Notes under the pieces: model-generated | Databases searched by the model: none | Seen by the model: only the letters and a program-made list of their open reading frames with translations | What the model was told of the DNA's origin: nothing | Shown here: piece by piece, positions 1-10,423 of the stretch | Layout of the letters: each line of letters starts with the position of its first letter | How positions within the stretch are numbered: position 1 is the stretch's first letter | Program-made: the position numbers and the translations under genes | DNA from: a virus | Taxonomy: Duplodnaviria; Caudoviricetes | Direction: 5' to 3' (one strand) | DNA length: 64,000 bases | Virus record (IMG/VR): IMGVR_UViG_3300042268_000564

Positions 1-2
1 GA

Positions 3-2141
3 AAATCAATTGTTTGGTCTGCTATAGATACTGTTGGCAACGGTGGCGTTTATGACTATGTTTTGCAGTGTGAAGCTACTGCACCATTGGTACAGTTTCC
101 ATTGCCGCAATACTCTTTGTTAAATTATGGGATGGCGATTTGGTCAGATATTTTATTAAAAAGAACTGACTCTATTTCCACTTCTTTCAAGCAATTGCAG
201 GGTGGCTTAGTCAAGGTAGGACTTTGTTTGAGCATGTCTGACGAGCTTAATGGATTGTTCGGCATGTTTGAGTCTGACCTTGCTGGGAGCTGGGCAAGAC
301 TTTATAAAGCGGACAATGGCTTGTTGACGTTAATAAAAGAAGAGCCGCTTGGAATATCATTGGTTAACGACGTCGAGTATGAGATTTCAGCGAGGCTTGT
401 TGATAACAGTGTTGCATTGGCAATGAACGGCAGCGACGTTTTGACTCACGAGCTGATAGGTATAGAACTTGTTGATAGTGGTGAATTTGGTATTGTAGCG
501 AAAGAGAGTTGCTTAGTCCAATTTGATTGGATTGAGGTTGATGGGATACATGCACCTGTTTTTGTTTCACCAGAAGGTGAAGTGATTACTGAAGAATTTG
601 TTTCGGGTACGAATATTGAGGTGTGGGAACAAATAGAGTTGGATACATCTATTATTAGCGGGACTGTTGCTGTTGAATATTCTATTGACGGTGGCAACAC
701 TTATGTGCCAATTCCTATGGCGACAATCGATTATCCTGATGCCATTACAAAAAGATTCAACATTGATTTTATCCCTGCAATACAGGGTGTTGCGAATACG
801 ATTCGTTTCAAAGTAAAAATGTTAAACACTGGTGTCGGCTGGGTGCGCAGGCTTTCGGTGAGTTATAGGACTACGGAAGTGCCAGCTTATATTTTGGAGA
901 ATATGGCAGTAACATCGGACGGGTTTAGACTGTTGCCGGGGATGACAGACGGCAAAATAACGATGACAGATGACATTACGCCTGACCAGATATATTATTG
1001 GGAAAAAGTTGTTAGAGATGAATATCGTGCGTCACAATTTGTTCCGATATCGTCAATTTTGAATCTAGCTACAGTAATTGTAGACAGTTCTCAAGGGACG
1101 AATACAGGTGATTTAATCGCAGATGCGAGCATGACTACGTATTGGGAAAGTATGCGTGGTGAGAATAGTTATGTGATTTTTGAATTTCCTGCGCCAGTAG
1201 AAATTACTGGTTTTAGATGGGTAAAGAAGTCGGTAACTGAAGGTGCTGTTTATTATCGTGCTCAATATTTCAATCCTGACCAAAACAAATATGTTGATAT
1301 TCATAGTTATGGTTATGAGGTAAATGCTGACATTCGTCATGATTTTCCGCAAGCGGTTGTTTGTCAAAAGTTTAGAATTATGATTGATTGTGTGCAGCCT
1401 ATGAGCTTTGGGAATGCGAGATTTATAGATATTTTTGGTCGAGCACTTGGCGGCATGGTGTCTATTGATTATGAATATTCAACGGATTCTGGCGTGACAT
1501 GGACGTCGTCAGGAAGTTTGTTGAGCTTGCGTAGCGTTCCGAATGAATCGTCTTTGAGGCTTCGTGCTGTGGTGCATAGAGATGATGTTTTGTCTGACGT
1601 GTTTGTAAGAAGTTTTGGTGCTAGGTTCTCAGGTAGAGATAGTGATGGAACACAGTTAACTGACATTATATATAATGTTGAGCTGGGCAATAGGTCTATT
1701 GCAGATTTTCCCGTGAATCAAGAAATTGATATGCGTGGTGTACTCGGGAATAATTTTATTCTTGGGGCAAGATTCATTGTTCACCCTGACTATGGACATG
1801 AACAATTGAAGCCGAAGCTTGGTGGTTATAAATTTGCAGTTTCATCGTCAAAATATCAGACTCAAATTGATAGATTGAAGAACCATATAGACAGCGTTTT
1901 GTTGCGAGCGGATAGAGACCCGAATAGAGACATGTTGTCAGATGCCGTGATTATGTTAATAGGGCATGAATTGGACAAAGAACGGCAATCTAATGGTGAA
2001 GCTGGTTCGGTAATCCACGGATTGTTGAATATTCTTCAGAGAGAAATGTCGGCATTGCGTAGCAAAATGGTTGTTGGTGACGTTGGACACCTTGATGAGG
2101 CTTTGCCAAATATTGTGCGCAAAGTAAATATACTGGAATAA
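3..2141 (+). CDS. Virion structural protein, 5'-truncated; contains a discoidin/F5-8 type C-like domain and beta-rich domains
   Basis: Frame is open from position 3 (KSIVWSAIDTVG...), upstream of the TTG at 63; 'TYWES...YVIFEFPAPVEITGFRW...KFRIMID' is discoidin-like; two '(Y)SxDxGxT(Y/W)' Asp-box-like motifs. Confidence 0.65.
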   Translation, partial: KSIVWSAIDTVGNGGVYDYVLQCEATAPLVQFPLPQYSLLNYGMAIWSDILLKRTDSISTSFKQLQGGLVKVGLCLSMSDELNGLFGMFESDLAGSWARLYKADNGLLTLIKEEPLGISLVNDVEYEISARLVDNSVALAMNGSDVLTHELIGIELVDSGEFGIVAKESCLVQFDWIEVDGIHAPVFVSPEGEVITEEFVSGTNIEVWEQIELDTSIISGTVAVEYSIDGGNTYVPIPMATIDYPDAITKRFNIDFIPAIQGVANTIRFKVKMLNTGVGWVRRLSVSYRTTEVPAYILENMAVTSDGFRLLPGMTDGKITMTDDITPDQIYYWEKVVRDEYRASQFVPISSILNLATVIVDSSQGTNTGDLIADASMTTYWESMRGENSYVIFEFPAPVEITGFRWVKKSVTEGAVYYRAQYFNPDQNKYVDIHSYGYEVNADIRHDFPQAVVCQKFRIMIDCVQPMSFGNARFIDIFGRALGGMVSIDYEYSTDSGVTWTSSGSLLSLRSVPNESSLRLRAVVHRDDVLSDVFVRSFGARFSGRDSDGTQLTDIIYNVELGNRSIADFPVNQEIDMRGVLGNNFILGARFIVHPDYGHEQLKPKLGGYKFAVSSSKYQTQIDRLKNHIDSVLLRADRDPNRDMLSDAVIMLIGHELDKERQSNGEAGSVIHGLLNILQREMSALRSKMVVGDVGHLDEALPNIVRKVNILE

Positions 2142-2160
2142 AAATTGGGGGGGCGCAAAG

Positions 2161-4047
2161 ATGCCACAACTACAAACGGTTTATAATGGAGATTTTATTG
2201 TTTGGCAAAGAAAGATGGCAGAGGTCATTGTTGACCTTAAATCCGACTTTATAAATGTTCAGCAAGTTGGTCTTATTCTCGCAGAATCATCATTTTTCAA
2301 CTTTACTCTTGCAAAGGGAATATATGTGGTGATTGATGTGGCGGCCACTTCTGCCCCTAATACATGGACGAATGTGTATTCTGGGGATTTGATGGGGGGC
2401 ACAAGCTGGACTCAGGGGATGACAAATCAGGTTGCAGATGACAAAGGAGTATGGCAAGAGAATGAATATGTTTACGACCACGGCATAAGCCTTGTTGCTA
2501 GATATGTAAGAATTAGAGTCGTGGCCGATAGCTCACTTACGCCTTTGCAGACAGTCGCAATTAAGAAGGTTTTGATTCGCAATCATCAAGGCATTTCTAT
2601 TACTGCTGGTGCGGCTATTCAGACGAATGAGCTTGGATGGCAGACAGGTGAAGTTCTTAAAGAAATCATGGAAGATTTGCTTGAGAACCGAATTTTACTT
2701 ACCACAACTAGTGACGAGCTTGAAGATGCGAGAGTTAGTCCGAAAGGGACTTGGGATGCGAACAATGAATTGTATGGCGCGCCTGCACCCAGAATTTTCA
2801 GTAGTTTAACAGAAAGGCTCAACGACCTTGAACTTGATGCTGAACGCAGACTTGTGGCTAGAAAAGTTATTGTCCCTGTAGAGACTGTAAGGAGTGTGCA
2901 AACAGGCAGCTCTGTTGTGGATACAGGCATTGTTGCAGACAGCCCTTATCGCAAAGTGAATGAATATGCTGCCGCCGAAGATACGGTTGATGTCCTTGTT
3001 CAGGTAACTGAGGGTGTGGGGACTTTTGAGGAACCATTGAGAGAGAATGGTGTGTTGATATATGGGAGAATAACTTACGGTGTCAATACTGCTGGATATG
3101 GGGCAGGTTCTACGGCGCAGGTTACTTTATATCGTTCATCAGATGATTCGGTTTATTTGCTTGACACTGATAGAACCATTAAGTTGGTGGTGCCAGTGGA
3201 AACAGACCTTTATCACATGGACAGATATGACCTTACCAGAACAAATTTTGCGAGTGGGGTTATTCAAGATATAGGGGTATTGAATGATATTGATTCAATA
3301 CAAAAAGAGATAAAAGATGCTCTCTTGTCTGATACTGTTTCTCAAGAGTTGATAGTCTATGAAGAGGCAGGGCTTTATTATGCAGACCTTGCTTTTGATA
3401 GTAATGCTGCGGCAAGTTCAGGATGGCAGGTTGCCAAAGATGGCTTAACTGCAATTCCGGGTATGGATTATACTTTTATCAATTCAAGAAAAATCAGATT
3501 AAACACTCACGACAATGCTTTGCCTACAGAGTGGGCAATTCAGTATTTTACGAATGAGGAAACTACATTAGACAATAAAATCAATGAAATTGTAGAAGCA
3601 ATAGCTCGTTTGACTATGACTATCCGTGTTCTTACAACCAACATTGATGAAATTAACGATGCAATAGCTGTTGATGTTCGTGCCGAGATATTGCAGTTTG
3701 ACCGTTCAAGTAGCGACGGATATGAATATTTTAAGCCTCTCACTTACAAAGTAAGAGATGAGGATAATGACCTCGCCATTGTTTATAAGAACGGTGTTTC
3801 TATTGGGAATAAAGACACGGTGTGGGCATTTCGTGGTGATGGCGTTGTGGGTATGTATCGCTCTTTGGCTGCTTATGACAGAAATGCAGAATATTCTATC
3901 AGATATTATTTCAGGAAGCATGACCATCTTGCGAATAAATTGCATGAGATGACGGACAATACTGACAGAGATTTAATTTCTAAGAATTGGGCAAGAACTA
4001 ACCCTGTGCCAGCCAGTGCTGATTCTGACGGAGTAAAATTGATATGA
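2161..4047 (+). CDS. Tail/baseplate-associated structural protein
   Basis: 'ELEDAR...SLTERLNDLE' linker typical of tail fibre/upper baseplate proteins; N-terminal domain paralogous to 6704-7813 (LGWQTxEV). Confidence 0.55.
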   Translation: MPQLQTVYNGDFIVWQRKMAEVIVDLKSDFINVQQVGLILAESSFFNFTLAKGIYVVIDVAATSAPNTWTNVYSGDLMGGTSWTQGMTNQVADDKGVWQENEYVYDHGISLVARYVRIRVVADSSLTPLQTVAIKKVLIRNHQGISITAGAAIQTNELGWQTGEVLKEIMEDLLENRILLTTTSDELEDARVSPKGTWDANNELYGAPAPRIFSSLTERLNDLELDAERRLVARKVIVPVETVRSVQTGSSVVDTGIVADSPYRKVNEYAAAEDTVDVLVQVTEGVGTFEEPLRENGVLIYGRITYGVNTAGYGAGSTAQVTLYRSSDDSVYLLDTDRTIKLVVPVETDLYHMDRYDLTRTNFASGVIQDIGVLNDIDSIQKEIKDALLSDTVSQELIVYEEAGLYYADLAFDSNAAASSGWQVAKDGLTAIPGMDYTFINSRKIRLNTHDNALPTEWAIQYFTNEETTLDNKINEIVEAIARLTMTIRVLTTNIDEINDAIAVDVRAEILQFDRSSSDGYEYFKPLTYKVRDEDNDLAIVYKNGVSIGNKDTVWAFRGDGVVGMYRSLAAYDRNAEYSIRYYFRKHDHLANKLHEMTDNTDRDLISKNWARTNPVPASADSDGVKLI

Positions 4048-6692
4048 TTTTGTTTCTAAAAGATAGCGATAAAAAATCTGCTTACAATACCATTGAGGCA
4101 GTTCAGGGATGTCTTTCTAAGAATTACAGCTTGCTTGAGAAATTCAGGCAGGCTTTTTGTGCAGAATTTGGTTTGAAATCTGAATGGTTACATAAATTAA
4201 AAAGTAAGCATCTTTCGTCAGGTGTTTTTAAAATTGAAAATACGCCCCATGTAACGCCTTTGGTTTGGTTTAAGGGTGAAAAGTTGAATTATGTGGATGG
4301 CTTGTATTTTTGTGATGAAAAACAAAATATTAATGGAGGGGATTGTTATTCCCTCGTAGTAAAAGAGCTGGTTGTTGCGGGTTTGTTAGACGAGCCTACT
4401 GCAATGAAGATGCTTTTTAAATTGTCCGAGAGATTTTACAACAGTTTAAAGGGAGAAGCCGTAATGAAATCAAACGAAACATCATTGTTTGGCAATGATT
4501 GTCATGTGGATGCCAAGCTTAGTGTAGATAGTGAAAGAGTGACATTGGCAGGCGCAACAGCAGTGGCAGATAGCGAGAATGAGAAGTATAGCGTGGGCTA
4601 TGATGCGACAAGGACTGCGAAGTATGATAAAGACCTCGAAAAAGCTACAGTTGGTGAATTAGCCGCAGCTTTTGGTGAGGCATATCACGAAGCAACAAGT
4701 CGCCGTAGAGTTTCAGAGGAAGAGGCACAGATAAAAGCCACTTTCGGTATTTCCAGAAAAGAGCTTGGTGTCGTTTCTGAAACATACCCTGTGTTCTACA
4801 TGGCATTGGCTCTCAAAGCAGTTGATGCAGTAATAAAAGAAAACCTTGTTCAAGAGAAGTTGTCTCGCTGGGAATGGGGTGATGAGGAGCCATTGGGCTA
4901 CCAGATGTTTGAAACAGGTCTCCGCAAAGAAGAAAGAATGTTAGCCGATGCTACAAGACTTTGTCGCTTTAAAAGTGACGATGCTTCACCTATTTGGATT
5001 ACTACGAAAATTAAAAGTAGTATGTCCGGTGTTTTTTTGGGACTGACTATTACTTGCCTCAACAAAGACATAGAGCGAGCCACACAGATAAAGCTGAATA
5101 TCTCTAAGTGGATAAAAGAGAACAATTATTTCAATGGTCAGAAAATTGATGGTCAGGGGAAATTCCTTGATGTGGCTAATTACACATGGGATGACGTGGT
5201 TCTCAATTCTGATGTAAAAGACCAAGTATTTGATGATATTGTCGGGTTCTTGAATCATGAAGAGCTTTACAGAAAGAATAATCTTCCTTTTAAGCGTGGC
5301 ATTATTCTTTACGGGAAACCGGGCTGTGGAAAAACCTTGCTTGGCAAGGTTATAGCTAACGAGATTGATTCTACTTTTATATGGCTGACATCCGCGCAGG
5401 TAAAATCCCCTGAAATGATTCGTCATATTTTTGGCATGGCAAGAGACCTCGCACCATGTGTTCTTTTCTTTGAAGATATTGACATGTATACGGTCGACAG
5501 GTCATACGGCATATTCAATCCTCTGGTTGGCGAAATGTTGGCTCAGATGGACGGGATGGAAGAAAACAACGGTGTGATTGTTGTTGCTACAACCAATAGG
5601 CTTGACGCTATTGAGGGTGCCCTTGCGTCAAGACCAAGTCGTTTCGACAGACGTTTTTCATTGGACGAAATGGATGCTGAAACAACAAGGAAAATGGTTG
5701 AAAAGAAACTCGGCAGTGCTAAGTTGATTGGGGTAACTTCTGATGAGATTGCTACAATGGTTAAAGGGCTTAATGGCTCTTTCATCCAAGAGGTTGTTAT
5801 TTCAGCAAAAAGAAAAGCTATCGCTCGTGGGCACACAAACTCCGAGGGCATTGTTGTGCTTGATAAGAATATTGTTGAGGAAGCTGTTGCTGAAGTGGCC
5901 AAATCTTTCAAAATCATGCTTGATGCCGTGAATTCAGGTTACTACAAAGAATATGTTGAGCCAAAGAACGGCATGGAAGACAAAATAAGTATGGATTTTG
6001 CCAAAGAAAAGCCTGTGCTTGTAAGCAGTGAGGATGTTGAGCCTGTAGTATTGGCATCTGTTAAGCCAAAGAATGTGAATCTTACTCAGTTTGAAAAGGA
6101 TGAGATTGACGCTGAAGTAAATGCTGCAATGCTTGCTATTGCCAATGCTAATGAATCGTCAAATAAAGACGGACTTAAGCTCTACACGGAAAACAAGGGA
6201 TATGAGACTTTAGCTCAAACATTATTTGAAAAGCCTCTTGCCGAAGTGGACTGGAAGGCACAGACGAAGAGTAACTTGAGAACAATGTTCAGAATGTTGG
6301 TATTGTCCAGAAACGTGCGTAGAGCACAGGGCAGTGATGCTAAAGACCCTTTTAAGACTGAAAAATTTATCAGCGACATGCTTCATGCTATGGACATGCG
6401 TTCAGATAGATACTATTGGGTTCATGCTTTCGTAAGAATGGAGCAGAATTTCGGCAGACCAGTGAATCTACCTTTCAATCCTTATAAAGACCAGACATCT
6501 AAAGATGCTGCTTTAACTTTGTTAAAGGAAATGATGGGGCAGATTAAGTCTCGTAAAGAACAAGATGACGAAATTAATAAAAAGAATGGCGTATTTGTTC
6601 CAGAGAAAAAGGAATTTGAAAATCCTGAACTTTCTTTCAATGAACCTAAAAATGAGAATAATGTAGTTCAGCCACCACAGCACATGAAATAA
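4044..6692 (+). CDS. AAA+ ATPase with long N- and C-terminal extensions (possible second start at 4464)
   Basis: Walker A GKPGCGKT, Walker B LFFEDID, second region of homology TTNRLDAIEGALASRPSRFDR; GGGAG SD before the in-frame ATG at 4464. Confidence 0.9.
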   Translation: MILFLKDSDKKSAYNTIEAVQGCLSKNYSLLEKFRQAFCAEFGLKSEWLHKLKSKHLSSGVFKIENTPHVTPLVWFKGEKLNYVDGLYFCDEKQNINGGDCYSLVVKELVVAGLLDEPTAMKMLFKLSERFYNSLKGEAVMKSNETSLFGNDCHVDAKLSVDSERVTLAGATAVADSENEKYSVGYDATRTAKYDKDLEKATVGELAAAFGEAYHEATSRRRVSEEEAQIKATFGISRKELGVVSETYPVFYMALALKAVDAVIKENLVQEKLSRWEWGDEEPLGYQMFETGLRKEERMLADATRLCRFKSDDASPIWITTKIKSSMSGVFLGLTITCLNKDIERATQIKLNISKWIKENNYFNGQKIDGQGKFLDVANYTWDDVVLNSDVKDQVFDDIVGFLNHEELYRKNNLPFKRGIILYGKPGCGKTLLGKVIANEIDSTFIWLTSAQVKSPEMIRHIFGMARDLAPCVLFFEDIDMYTVDRSYGIFNPLVGEMLAQMDGMEENNGVIVVATTNRLDAIEGALASRPSRFDRRFSLDEMDAETTRKMVEKKLGSAKLIGVTSDEIATMVKGLNGSFIQEVVISAKRKAIARGHTNSEGIVVLDKNIVEEAVAEVAKSFKIMLDAVNSGYYKEYVEPKNGMEDKISMDFAKEKPVLVSSEDVEPVVLASVKPKNVNLTQFEKDEIDAEVNAAMLAIANANESSNKDGLKLYTENKGYETLAQTLFEKPLAEVDWKAQTKSNLRTMFRMLVLSRNVRRAQGSDAKDPFKTEKFISDMLHAMDMRSDRYYWVHAFVRMEQNFGRPVNLPFNPYKDQTSKDAALTLLKEMMGQIKSRKEQDDEINKKNGVFVPEKKEFENPELSFNEPKNENNVVQPPQHMK

Positions 6693-6703
6693 GAGGCATC
6701 TAA

Positions 6704-7813
6704 ATGGGAATGTTTGCAGGGATACTAAGCGGACAGTATGTTGTATGGCATAATCGTCCTGCACAACTTACGGTGAACTTGACGCCAGCTTTGCCGACTG
6801 TTACGAGGCTAGAATTGGTAGTAGGGAATAATAAGTATAACCCTGCCGCTGATATTAAAATCTGGTCTCGTAGCAGCAGTCTTGGCACGTTTGTCTATTT
6901 AGCTACCATGTCGGCAACCACAATTCCTGCTTTGCCCGGTGATGGAACATTCGTAGATGTAGTTTATCGTGCAGACTTTCCTGCTACACCAATGAGCGAT
7001 TTGCGCTTTATAGTCACCAAGGACGGAAGTCAAGCAAGAGAAATTACGCCAATCAAAAAATATAACATTTACAACAACACTGCTTCGCCTATAATTGGTG
7101 GCAGTAGGTTTGATGCGAGTAGTTTGGGTTGGCAAACATCTGAGGTGTTTGAAACAATATTCAGATATCTTGAGGCACCTATTTCTATTGAGCATACTGT
7201 TGACATCGATACAGAGACTCATGGGCAATTGCCAGAGGCGAGAATAAGGAATGATGATTTATTAGCCCGTGTTGCTGATGACGAGTGGATTTCTGGTGTA
7301 TGGGATTTTGAGCAAGGTCAGCTTCGTGTAGAGCGTGGGCTTGATTTCCCGATTCTTGCCGAAGTAGGACGTTTATTTCAAAAGCTGCCAGATGGTCATC
7401 TTTATATTGGTGATGGTTCTCAATGGAGAAAACTATTAAGAGAAGACGATATTCTGAATCAGTCCAGCTACTGTTGGATTTTTTCAAGAGAGTCGAAAAT
7501 TCCTAAAGGATGCTTCTTGAAAGCTGGCGAGTCAGTCCTTTCTGCTGATGAGGGAATCCCTGCCACAACAAGTGGCAGGCTTTCTACGGTTTATGTCAGA
7601 GTGAAAGAAATTGTTGTTGATGGGCAGGCTGTGGAAATACTGAAGAATGGTGTAGTGGTGGAAACGGTGCAAATACAGAATGGCACTCAAATGGGATTCA
7701 AGGATGTGAATATTATTTTTCAGAAGGAAGATATTGTTGCGGTTCGAGCAGCCGAGACAAATGTATCGTTTATGGTGTCGCCGAAAGTGACATTATTGTA
7801 TAAGACCGCTTAA
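6704..7813 (+). CDS. Tail fibre/appendage protein (paralog family)
   Basis: One 'HGQLPEARI..DLLARVADDEWISGVWDF' repeat; C-terminal beta domain shared with 7830-10412. Confidence 0.65.
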   Translation: MGMFAGILSGQYVVWHNRPAQLTVNLTPALPTVTRLELVVGNNKYNPAADIKIWSRSSSLGTFVYLATMSATTIPALPGDGTFVDVVYRADFPATPMSDLRFIVTKDGSQAREITPIKKYNIYNNTASPIIGGSRFDASSLGWQTSEVFETIFRYLEAPISIEHTVDIDTETHGQLPEARIRNDDLLARVADDEWISGVWDFEQGQLRVERGLDFPILAEVGRLFQKLPDGHLYIGDGSQWRKLLREDDILNQSSYCWIFSRESKIPKGCFLKAGESVLSADEGIPATTSGRLSTVYVRVKEIVVDGQAVEILKNGVVVETVQIQNGTQMGFKDVNIIFQKEDIVAVRAAETNVSFMVSPKVTLLYKTA

Positions 7814-7829
7814 AAATAAGGAGACTGAA

Positions 7830-10412
7830 ATGGCAAAGAGTTTGATTTTAAAGAATATTACTGGTAGCAATAGTGTTACGATACCAGACCTTGGTATACA
7901 CATTCCCGTAGGGGAAACAATAGATTTTACCCCGCTCATTCAAAAAGATAGATTTTTAGTATATGCGTCTGCGAATTTGCGTAGTCGTGTAAGTGCTAAC
8001 GAAGTTGAAGTGATTTATCAAGGTTCTGCGGTGCCATTCGCACAATTGGAATCATTTCTTGAAAGATTGTGCGTGTTAGAGCATGATATAGCTGCTGACC
8101 ATACAGGTAATTTGCCAGAATCAAGAATCTCTGACGATGGTATTTTGGCTCGTCTTGCTGATGATGAAGTAGTTACTGGGCATTGGACATTCCCCGGTGG
8201 GATAACAGTCCAGACAGGAACAACTTTGCCAGCCACATTGCCTGCTGGTAGCATTTTTTACAATACCGACACTCAAGAACTTTTTGTAAGCAATGGTAGC
8301 TCATGGGTTGAATATGCAACGCTTGAGGATATTTTAAGCGGTCATGACCATGATGGAACAAATTCGCCAAAGGTTAGCCATACAAATCTTTTGGATATTG
8401 GTGAAAATGACCATCATAATAAAGAGCACGACCTTAATGGCACTGACCATATCGGAAATCTCTCTGAATCAAGAATCCAGAATGAGGGGATTCTTGCTCG
8501 TGTTGCTGATGATGAAGCTATCACTGGGATTTATGATTTTACAACGGGTGGCTTGATTGTTCAGGCTGGGACTTTGGCAAACAGACCTGTTGGAACTATC
8601 GCTGATGGTAGACTTTATTGGGCTACTGATACAAAAACTTTGTATGTGGGGAACGGGCTTACTTGGGACGCATTGGTTTCGGGGGATGATTTTACGGCTC
8701 ATGACCACGATGGTACGAATTCGCCGAGAGTTGACCATGTAGACCTTTTAAATAAGGGGACTTATACTCACGCTGATATTGATGCTCATATTGATGAAAC
8801 TGTTGACCCTCATGGTGACGAGATGACCGTTTCCACTAGAGTAATCACCCCTGAAATTAAAAATGCAGGGGATATTACAGTTGATGCTGCAAGTGATAGT
8901 GATACTACAGTATTTTTTAAGAATAGTGGACTTGGCAGTATTACTTTGAGAGTTATGGGGAATTTCCAGTATGATGGGACAATCGACCATACCACTCTTA
9001 TTGAATCGCAGGTAAATGACAATTCAATCGTATTGAATAGCAATTTTACAGCGGGAGCACCTACTTCCGATGCATCTGTAAAGGTCAGACGTGGTGACGA
9101 ACCTGATGCAATAACTAATTGGTCGGAATCTGATGACCGTTGGCAAGTTGGCGTTGAAGGTGACATGTATTTTGTTGCCAGAATCGATGCAGATGAAACT
9201 GTAACTGGTGATTGGCAATTTGACAATGTTTTAATTATCCCAAGAGGCGCAATATTGCCTGCACCCGAAGAAGCTAAAATATTCTGGAAATCAGATACTG
9301 ACGACCTTTATCTGAGCGACGGAACTACATGGATTAGGTTCATTAAGACTGGTGAATTTGAGGCTCATAATCATGATGGCGTTAATAGCCCTGCCGTTTC
9401 TCATAATGACCTTGACGATGTAACACCAAATCAGCATCATAATCAAGCGCATGACCTTAATGGTACCGACCATTTGGGTAGCTTGGATGAATCAAGAATC
9501 GCTGATGGCGCAATTCTTGCCCGTGTAGGGAGTAATGAAACAATTACTGGCGAGTGGACTTTTGATAATTCACTTAGAATCCAAAGAGCCGCAGGCACTG
9601 CTGGGCTTACGCCTTATCTTGGGAGGTTGTTGTGGGACACGTCAGATTCTAGCTTGAAAATGGGTGATGGAACAGCTTGGAACACGATTGCTAAACAGGG
9701 TGGGATTCTTTCTGCATCTGCTGGCAATGGTTTAAGCAATAGCGGGACTTCTGAAAATCCTGTATTTGATGTCAATGTTGACAATGCGACTTTGCAGATT
9801 CTTGGCGATATTCTTTCGGTTAAAGCGATTCCTGAAGCGTTAATAACTGACGGGAATATTTTGGCACGTTTGGGGAGCGACGAAACAATTACGGGCAAAT
9901 GGAGTTTTGATACTGAGCTTGTAATTCCGGTACTTTCTGGGACTACTCCGCCTGTAGCTGTTGTTGAAGGTGCTCTCATTCAAATGGATGGTGATGATAA
10001 TTTTTATATTGGTGCTAATGGGGAATGGGCAAAAATCATAACAAGTCAAAACTTGTCGGAAACAGTTCGTTCAAGGATTCAGTTAAGTAGAAATGGTGGG
10101 TGTAATCCGGGCACGTTCTTACAGAATGGCGAGGTAATCACTTCTCTTACACAGGGAATACCAGTCGTTGCAAATTGTACTCTTGCAGGTGCTGCGGTGC
10201 TTAATGGGCTAACAATTTCAGATGGCAGTGGTGTTGAAATTTTTAAGAATGGTTCGGCGGTGGCGACTATTGATATCGCAAGTGGGCAGAACAAAGGATA
10301 CTCTAACACGCTGTCTGTGGCTTTTGTAGCGGGAGATTTTATTTCTGTTCGCACCAAAACTACTAATGGGTCAAATTTATCAAATCCGCAAGTGACGCTT
10401 GAGTTTAAGTAA
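7830..10412 (+). CDS. Long tail fibre protein with His-rich repeats
   Basis: About five 'ILAR...E.(I/V)TG.W.F' repeats, three H(D/N)HDG(T/V)NSP motifs, 'L(Y/F)..(D/N)G..W' modules; AGGAG SD. Confidence 0.75.
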   Translation: MAKSLILKNITGSNSVTIPDLGIHIPVGETIDFTPLIQKDRFLVYASANLRSRVSANEVEVIYQGSAVPFAQLESFLERLCVLEHDIAADHTGNLPESRISDDGILARLADDEVVTGHWTFPGGITVQTGTTLPATLPAGSIFYNTDTQELFVSNGSSWVEYATLEDILSGHDHDGTNSPKVSHTNLLDIGENDHHNKEHDLNGTDHIGNLSESRIQNEGILARVADDEAITGIYDFTTGGLIVQAGTLANRPVGTIADGRLYWATDTKTLYVGNGLTWDALVSGDDFTAHDHDGTNSPRVDHVDLLNKGTYTHADIDAHIDETVDPHGDEMTVSTRVITPEIKNAGDITVDAASDSDTTVFFKNSGLGSITLRVMGNFQYDGTIDHTTLIESQVNDNSIVLNSNFTAGAPTSDASVKVRRGDEPDAITNWSESDDRWQVGVEGDMYFVARIDADETVTGDWQFDNVLIIPRGAILPAPEEAKIFWKSDTDDLYLSDGTTWIRFIKTGEFEAHNHDGVNSPAVSHNDLDDVTPNQHHNQAHDLNGTDHLGSLDESRIADGAILARVGSNETITGEWTFDNSLRIQRAAGTAGLTPYLGRLLWDTSDSSLKMGDGTAWNTIAKQGGILSASAGNGLSNSGTSENPVFDVNVDNATLQILGDILSVKAIPEALITDGNILARLGSDETITGKWSFDTELVIPVLSGTTPPVAVVEGALIQMDGDDNFYIGANGEWAKIITSQNLSETVRSRIQLSRNGGCNPGTFLQNGEVITSLTQGIPVVANCTLAGAAVLNGLTISDGSGVEIFKNGSAVATIDIASGQNKGYSNTLSVAFVAGDFISVRTKTTNGSNLSNPQVTLEFK

Positions 10413-10423
10413 TATAGTTGTAG

